IMG/VR virus record: IMGVR_UViG_3300027759_006101
Span: 124,001 to 188,000 of that record
Length of the DNA stretch: 64,000 nucleotides
Reading direction: 5' to 3' (one strand)
Part shown: positions 58,239 to 64,000 of the stretch, one piece after another
How the letters are laid out: each line of letters starts with the position of its first letter
How positions within the stretch are numbered: position 1 is the stretch's first letter
Program-made: the position numbers and the translations under genes
The notes under the pieces: model-generated
What the model saw: the letters and a program-made list of their open reading frames with translations, nothing else
Database searches by the model: none
What the model was told of the DNA's origin: nothing

Positions 58239-58435
58239 AACGGGTTGGCTTCCTTATCAAACAATGTGATACTGAATATTACCATCTGTGTATACTAGTT
58301 GCCACAAGTATTTTAAATATATTTTTGAATGCCAGGACTATCACAAAAGCTTGTTTTTGTCAAGAAAATAAAAAACTTGACAACTTTCTTAAGCCGGGGA
58401 AATCCCCGGCTTAAGAAAGTTCTTATATTTTAAAT

Positions 58436-59092
58436 TTACCATCCATCTGGAAAGTCTTCTACTTTGCAATAATAGTTTTGATACATATTGACGGGAGTAA
58501 CACCTGATAGCGGATATACTTTATCTGTCTGTGAAAGAATCCAAAATTCTCCCCTATTATAATTTTCAATATTATCTGGTGTAAGTTTTGGAAGATTCTT
58601 TATGTAATCTGAATTAGCCCACCAGAAATTTCCTTGGAAGTGTTTTGGTTCTTCCACGTAAAATCCGCCAGCTGAATCATTATCTTTTAAAGACTCTACG
58701 CATTCTTTCCATTTATTAATTACATATAAATCTAAATATCTAACCCAGGCCTCTACATTCTTTTTTACATCAGGGTTTGTGTAAGATAAACCTTTAGTGT
58801 GCAGATAGAGCATAGGAGTATTAGATTCATATTCATTTGCTTTTTTTAACATTAAGTTGAGAGTATCAGGTTCATTATTAAAAACAGCATTAGAGACAAT
58901 TCCGTATTCTATTTTTGAATACATATCTTTTAATTCATTTAAGAATTCAGAGTTAAATTCAATGTCTCCATATAATGTAAGATAAATCTTATTAGCACTA
59001 TCATAGAGGCCAGAAGATTTGAACTTTTTAAATTTATCAATAAGGATACGAGAATATCCAGATTTTAAATATACGTGAAAGAAAATGTCCAT
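58436..59092 (-). CDS. putative glycosyltransferase-like protein (LYLHTKG family)
   Basis: E..TL, MLYLHTKG, HFQGNFWWANSDYI, R..E.WI. Confidence 0.55.
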   Translation of the reverse strand: MDIFFHVYLKSGYSRILIDKFKKFKSSGLYDSANKIYLTLYGDIEFNSEFLNELKDMYSKIEYGIVSNAVFNNEPDTLNLMLKKANEYESNTPMLYLHTKGLSYTNPDVKKNVEAWVRYLDLYVINKWKECVESLKDNDSAGGFYVEEPKHFQGNFWWANSDYIKNLPKLTPDNIENYNRGEFWILSQTDKVYPLSGVTPVNMYQNYYCKVEDFPDGW

Positions 59093-59106
59093 ATATTTTT
59101 TTTACA

Positions 59107-59406
59107 TTATTCGGTGGAGATTATCATAGGAGTTCTAATTCCAAGATATCCACCTGCAATATTAAAATCTACCCATTCGAAAGCGTCCTCTTCTGCTTCG
59201 TCTTCAGAGATTGGATTTTCAGAGTCAGAGAGATATTCGTTTTTAAAATGTTCAACAAGTCTTTCATATGAGTAGATTGCAATTTCCACCCATTGTTCTT
59301 CTCTAATTACTTTAGCAGTACCGACGAGAGCTGAATCACAACCATCGTATGTAATTGCTCCATCAAGTGTTTCAATATATTCCCGGATAGTTTGTGTTTC
59401 AGTCAT
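59107..59406 (-). CDS. conserved phage protein
   Basis: DG.D.ALVG..AIYSY...EDA.EW.DFNI.G.YLG..TP. Confidence 0.7.
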   Translation of the reverse strand: MTETQTIREYIETLDGAITYDGCDSALVGTAKVIREEQWVEIAIYSYERLVEHFKNEYLSDSENPISEDEAEEDAFEWVDFNIAGGYLGIRTPMIISTE

Positions 59407-59959
59407 TGTATTCTTCCAAGTCTTTCGTATCAATAGCGATGGGCTCAAAGCCTAGTTTCTTTGCCTGATGTGCCTTGAGTGGTTTTCCGTCAACATACAC
59501 TGTAGGATATATCTTGATTTGTTTGCCATCTTTAGTCTCAAAGATACCATCTCTAACGTGTTTGATGCTGTCTGTTTTTGAGAAGATGCATTGGAAGGAT
59601 AATGTCCAATCGCTTTTGAATCCATCAAATTGTTCGCCAGTCCAAGAGTAATCGTCGTGATTTATCATATTATCAAAACGATATTGTGGTAATGAGAAAT
59701 CTTCTTCTAATATAACATTGATGCCGTCTACTCTATGTCGCTTTAAGAATAGTCTCAAATCACCGTCTTCTTCAATGAATACTTTATTGCGGTCTCTACG
59801 GGAAAACTTGCTGATGAGTTTTGAAATCTTTAGTTTACGCAGATAGGGCAATGTAGTTTGAACATAACCGTGACGTTCTGTAATGAAGTAAGTAAATTTC
59901 TTTTCTCCCTTAGGCACGTCATTATCAAGTATTAAGGTTGGGGTATTCTCTTCGGACAT
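59399..59959 (-). CDS. hypothetical protein
   Basis: Leaderless promoter upstream. Confidence 0.65.
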   Translation of the reverse strand: MSEENTPTLILDNDVPKGEKKFTYFITERHGYVQTTLPYLRKLKISKLISKFSRRDRNKVFIEEDGDLRLFLKRHRVDGINVILEEDFSLPQYRFDNMINHDDYSWTGEQFDGFKSDWTLSFQCIFSKTDSIKHVRDGIFETKDGKQIKIYPTVYVDGKPLKAHQAKKLGFEPIAIDTKDLEEYND

Positions 59960-60075
59960 AACGTATTATATCATATTGTCATAAAGGTGCAAAATATATT
60001 TTTTGTTTTTTAAATGAGTAATATCAAAGATATTACTAAAAAATATCCCAAAGAAAATTCTTTGGGATATTAGGT

Positions 60076-60387
60076 TCAATCAAGATTATCAGACCAGACA
60101 AAAGTGTGATAGATTTTAATACTAAATTCTTCACCCTCTTTATATTTCTTCTTGTCTCTTAGGTAAACAACAAACCAACCAGCAGTTCCAACAGAGAAGT
60201 AAGTTGACTTGCATTGTTTGCGGTTCTCTAGTACTGACTTATAAAGACTTTCAATTGTCTCTACTTCATTGAGAAATGTTTTATGTGGATGAATTCCAGT
60301 GTATTCTCTGATTGCCTTAACTCGGTCTTGGTAATCGCAAAGATATTGGAGTTCTTTATCCAATATCTTTCTTTCTTTATTTGTCAT
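60076..60387 (-). CDS. hypothetical protein
   Basis: Coupled operon. Confidence 0.6.
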   Translation of the reverse strand: MTNKERKILDKELQYLCDYQDRVKAIREYTGIHPHKTFLNEVETIESLYKSVLENRKQCKSTYFSVGTAGWFVVYLRDKKKYKEGEEFSIKIYHTFVWSDNLD

Positions 60388-60638
60388 TTTGGCTTCCTGT
60401 TAAAGAAATAGTAACTTCCTACTTTAGAATGTTCTATGCCTATTGTATCAAGATATGCGAAGAAATCAAATTTATTTTTCTCAATTATATTAACTCTTGG
60501 AAAGTCTGGGATATCTTCATTAATAAAATAAACATAACAGTGAGCTTTTGCATTCTCTGATATGTAAGTTTTTAAAGATACAAAATTCTTTATTGGGTCC
60601 AGTGCGGTTAAGAGAAAAATACTAATTAGAGCTATCAT
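60384..60638 (-). CDS. hypothetical protein
   Basis: Coupled operon. Confidence 0.55.
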   Translation of the reverse strand: MIALISIFLLTALDPIKNFVSLKTYISENAKAHCYVYFINEDIPDFPRVNIIEKNKFDFFAYLDTIGIEHSKVGSYYFFNRKPK

Positions 60639-61023
60639 AAAATTCCCTGTGCCTTTAGTGTATTAATATTTTCTAGAATCATCTGGTTGCGTCGGTTTCT
60701 TTCTTCTGCTAATTTTATTTGACAGAAGCTTGTGCAGAGATGTTGATGTTTTGTTCTATAAACTTCAACACTATCTAATTCAGCCACATAAGAATCATCT
60801 ATTTGATATATCTTATACGGCTCTACTTTGATTCTTGTCTTGATTAATCTTTTCAATTGCGTATCTTTCTGCTGCACGTCTTGTTTGTAATTGGAGCTGG
60901 ACATAGTTTTCGCAAGTCTTAACTGTCTTAGCTGTTTTTAAAGTATATCCAAATTGGTCTTTGACAGCATATCCCTCTTCCATTTTGTAAACATAGAATC
61001 CATCAGCCATATAGATAAATTTT

Positions 61024-61251
61024 TCAATCTTCAAAGTAGGCATCCTCATACTCGAAAATTCCAAGCTCATGAGATTTAAAATTTTCATCTGTTACAATTA
61101 TTTCTTTATCATCTGCTTCTAAACCAGCGATTAAGGAATATGTCTTATCATTGATTTTAAAAGAGTAGATTTGATTCTCGAAATCGTACTCATACTCTAC
61201 ATTGTCAGGAACAAAGATAGTGCCTGTGATTGAAAATTTAAATTCTTTCAT
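61024..61251 (-). CDS. small acidic protein (paralog of 62551 and 62787)
   Basis: F.ITGT..VPD...YEDA.FED. Confidence 0.6.
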   Translation of the reverse strand: MKEFKFSITGTIFVPDNVEYEYDFENQIYSFKINDKTYSLIAGLEADDKEIIVTDENFKSHELGIFEYEDAYFED

Positions 61252-61442
61252 TACTCTGCATCCTCAAAATAATCAGATTCAATAAGAGAGCTCGATTTTA
61301 GTTCTTCTACTATAGATGGGTCTTGATATAACCCTCGCATAAAAGCTCGAATAATTAAATCTTTTGTTTCATCATCATACTCGCTCGAAAGTTCATCTCT
61401 CAAACGGTCACTCATTGCTCGAATCCACTTAATGTTTTCCAT
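61251..61442 (-). CDS. small acidic protein
   Basis: Leaderless start. Confidence 0.6.
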   Translation of the reverse strand: MENIKWIRAMSDRLRDELSSEYDDETKDLIIRAFMRGLYQDPSIVEELKSSSLIESDYFEDAE

Positions 61443-61507
61443 AGCTGTATTATATCATCTCTAACATATAAGAAAGGGGAGACTCGAAAATCTCCCCTCG
61501 AAATAGT

Positions 61508-61729
61508 TTAGTCTTCTCCCTCGATTTCTCCACATAAGACAATCCGGCAAATATAACCAGAGAATGTATCTAGAGCGGGATGTACTACTTCATCAATATA
61601 ATCTAAAGATACTTCTGGGTTGAATTCATTTTTAGAATGTACAGCAATTACAACTTCAGTGTCTTGGCTATACTGTTCATATTTCTTTTCTAATTCTTGA
61701 AGTTTTAAAATTAGTTCTCTGAGTGTCAT
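61508..61729 (-). CDS. small phage protein (MTLRELI..LQ)
   Basis: Common phage N-terminus. Confidence 0.6.
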   Translation of the reverse strand: MTLRELILKLQELEKKYEQYSQDTEVVIAVHSKNEFNPEVSLDYIDEVVHPALDTFSGYICRIVLCGEIEGED

Positions 61730-62361
61730 TATATGCTTTCCTCAAACATATCAGACCATTCATCCCATCCGCCCCATTTACCATCTGCTACTGCTTCCTT
61801 AAATGTTTCATAGGAGCAGGTTTCCTCGAATTTACCATCTTCACAGGTAAACTCGTAATGGGTATCGTTTTCAATGGAGCCAGAAACCATCTCAAATGTA
61901 GCGTTAGGGTACAGTTTAGACAACTCTCTGACAAAGTGTTCAGGACAACCCCAAGGAGAGTCAAAACTAAAGGTAATTGTAAGAAGGTCATACTTAGCAG
62001 TTGGTCTTACAGCATCCCACTTAACACCCCAATTATTAAGGTTCCAAGAATACCAGTCATGATAACCTGTTTCCTCGAACGCTTTGATGTTTTGAATAAT
62101 CTCTTTAGCACGATGAACAACCCACTCATCATCACAAGTAGCAACTTCCTCTAATGTAAGAAAATTAGTATTCTTGTGCTTATTCACTTCATTGATATAA
62201 TCACCTGGAGCAAGATGAGGAGATGATGTTCCCTTTAAAACTTCAGGCATAGGGATGAAGGAGTTGAACAATCCTTCAAGATTGACTTTCTCTTTAAAAA
62301 CATTATACTCTTCCTGTGTTTGGAAAATACAGGTGAGTTCGTTCATTACCCAGTTAGGCAT
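61729..62361 (-). CDS. DUF1281/YubB ferredoxin-like protein
   Basis: MPNW..N.L, PMPE.L, DWY.W...NWG.KWD, FDSPW..P. Confidence 0.75.
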   Translation of the reverse strand: MPNWVMNELTCIFQTQEEYNVFKEKVNLEGLFNSFIPMPEVLKGTSSPHLAPGDYINEVNKHKNTNFLTLEEVATCDDEWVVHRAKEIIQNIKAFEETGYHDWYSWNLNNWGVKWDAVRPTAKYDLLTITFSFDSPWGCPEHFVRELSKLYPNATFEMVSGSIENDTHYEFTCEDGKFEETCSYETFKEAVADGKWGGWDEWSDMFEESI

Positions 62362-62550
62362 CTTTTGGCTTCTTTCTCGTACATCATAAATGTACAGGAT
62401 GTTATATCATCTACAACAGTGTATTGCCAGTAATTAAGGGATATATTTCTCTTGTAGAAATTATATCCCTTAAAGCTCTTATGATAGAAATTAAATGTTA
62501 CTTGGTCCCACTCTAAGTATTTAATTTCTGCAGCAAGTTGTTTTGCTGCA

Positions 62551-62790
62551 CTAGTCTTCAAAAAATTCTGCATCATCATAGCGCACATTAGTTATGCTAT
62601 GATTTTCCATTTCCTCGAATTGATGAACAATATCATATCCACCAGCACCAGCTTCAGCAACAATACACATTTGCAGCATATACATTATGTCATTGAATTC
62701 TAATGCATATAATTTACCAGCAACATCATAGTGCTTTATTACGTCATCAGGTATTTCCATTGTACCTGTAATTTTAAAATTGATTTTCAT
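62551..62790 (-). CDS. small acidic protein (paralog)
   Basis: FKITGTMEIPD...YDDAEFFED. Confidence 0.6.
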   Translation of the reverse strand: MKINFKITGTMEIPDDVIKHYDVAGKLYALEFNDIMYMLQMCIVAEAGAGGYDIVHQFEEMENHSITNVRYDDAEFFED

Positions 62791-63041
62791 TTGGCTTCCT
62801 CAAAATCAATATACTCTACATTTGATTCCATACTAATATTTTTTATCTCGAATTCCTCAATGCTAGAAATATCATTAGGAAATCTTAATAAGTCTTCTGG
62901 AAAGGATGGGTCAATTTCTATGCAATCAAAAGAAATTTCTGGATGAAAGAATACACCCTCTGCCTCGAAAACTGTATCGTGCAAAATAACACCATCAGGA
63001 ACAGTGAATTCTGCGACAACTGTAACACGCATCTTTTTCAT
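62787..63041 (-). CDS. small acidic protein (paralog)
   Basis: VTVVAEFTVPD...YIDFEE. Confidence 0.55.
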   Translation of the reverse strand: MKKMRVTVVAEFTVPDGVILHDTVFEAEGVFFHPEISFDCIEIDPSFPEDLLRFPNDISSIEEFEIKNISMESNVEYIDFEEAK

Positions 63042-63182
63042 ATTGGCTCTCTCTAATGTAATATATCATAAGAGACATAATAACGCAAACAATAAAAGCT
63101 TCTTTATTGGGAGGGAGAACGACATTGTTCTCCCTCTAATCGCTACAGGACAAGAAGCCAAAATCATCCTGTAGCAATCTTT

Positions 63183-63857
63183 TTAAAAATCAAAGTGCAA
63201 TTGATTCTCTAAACAAGAAGACCAATACCTCGAATTTTTATAACCTTGTTTGACATCCCAATAAATACATCTGGCTATATAATTGGGTGCTTTCATTTTC
63301 TCTGCTCGATAATGCCATTTTCTTTCGCCTTGTTCATACTCGGCAACATCTTTAGAGTTATCTTTCTTATATCCCTGTTCATTCATTCCAAGTAAACGGA
63401 GCATATGAACATCAAGACATACCGCTTGACATTTTTCTGGATAACATAATTCAAGAGCAAAACTTGTTTTTGCTAATCCAATTCCCCACAATTCAAGAGA
63501 GAGACGATTGCGAAACTTAAACCAGTTCTCTCTATTAGTCTTTTTAAACTTTTCTGGATTCGCCCAAAACTTACTCGAAAAGTCCCAAATATACTTTGTG
63601 CGCTGATTATGACAACCTGCTCTACCTATATATAATAAATGAGCAAGTTGGTCTTTATCACTAATCCAAGACTCGAAATTCTTGATATGATTGTATGCAC
63701 GAACATTACTTTCCCACGTAGTATGAATTGATGTATATGCGAACAACCATCTTTGGAAAAATTCTCCATCTGTCTGTGGAGCAATGTTATTCCAATACTC
63801 TTTATATCCATTCACCTTATGGCTATCAACACTCTCTAAAACACTCTGGAAGGTCAT
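63183..63857 (-). CDS. HhH-superfamily DNA glycosylase/lyase-like protein
   Basis: HhH LWGIGLAKTSFAL followed by VCLDVHMLR; Y...E. Confidence 0.7.
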   Translation of the reverse strand: MTFQSVLESVDSHKVNGYKEYWNNIAPQTDGEFFQRWLFAYTSIHTTWESNVRAYNHIKNFESWISDKDQLAHLLYIGRAGCHNQRTKYIWDFSSKFWANPEKFKKTNRENWFKFRNRLSLELWGIGLAKTSFALELCYPEKCQAVCLDVHMLRLLGMNEQGYKKDNSKDVAEYEQGERKWHYRAEKMKAPNYIARCIYWDVKQGYKNSRYWSSCLENQLHFDF

Positions 63858-64000
63858 TTTGGCTTCGACCCTTTCGTTTGATGTCTTATAGTATCAGATG
63901 TTTAAGGGTGTGTCAAAAGATTTTTTTCTTAATCTCGAAATAATGGTCATGAATTTTATTATATAATCGTTTTGAGATTGTTCTTGCATCGATACAAGAT

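Noticed and set aside
30248-58420. CRISPR array interpretation of the repeated palindromes
   Set aside because: Repeats differ in sequence, spacing is hundreds to thousands of bp and contains whole genes, and there are no cas genes
30248-58420. Classical integron with attC sites
   Set aside because: No GTTRRRY/RYYYAAC cores, cassettes have their own promoters and both orientations, and no intI in the window; kept only as an analogy
1390-63943. Many short opposite-strand or alternate-frame ORFs in the track (e.g. 1390, 2948, 7748, 30987, 53438, 55965, 57727, 61723)
   Set aside because: They are shadows of longer genes with recognisable motifs and lack their own expression signals
1-64000. 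Alternative genetic code (stop-codon reassignment)
   Set aside because: Long genes are intact in code 11, all three stops end genes, and no suppressor tRNA was seen

Overview
A 64-kb piece of an AT-rich, very large (jumbo-type) bacteriophage genome. I found no capsid, terminase, polymerase or integrase gene in the window. A DUF1559/H-X9-DG prepilin gene points to an Armatimonadota- or PVC-like host (inference). The window has two halves. Left (1-28.7 kb): densely packed accessory genes, namely DUF2829/Tad2-like paralogs, an FN3 surface protein, FkbM, a DEDDh exonuclease, Fic, a DNA MTase, 2OG-Fe(II), GMD, Nudix, RusA, two ART-like proteins, HAD, a CxxCH cytochrome, 5 tRNAs and 2 HNH nucleases. 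It also holds a family of 8 proteins that share a ~38-aa N-terminal leader fused to unrelated cargo. A ~500-bp non-coding repeat block (28.7-29.2 kb) marks the boundary. Right (30-58 kb): an array of small, self-contained expression cassettes (sigma70 promoter, often leaderless ORF(s), terminator). The cassettes are separated by at least 27 copies of a 51-52-bp symmetric element, TTGACA-N9-AGGnnnGGT-N3/4-ACCn'n'n'CCT-N9-TGTCAA, whose inner arms change sequence between copies but stay complementary. This element array is the best candidate for an undescribed system. One cassette carries a ~270-nt structured non-coding RNA instead of an ORF. The right half also has 4 tRNAs, a degenerate tRNA-like element, an NlaIII/IceA1-like R-M pair, rIIA/rIIB, a MORC-like ATPase, DUF932 and an HhH glycosylase. 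All family assignments come from motif recognition by eye, not from database searches.
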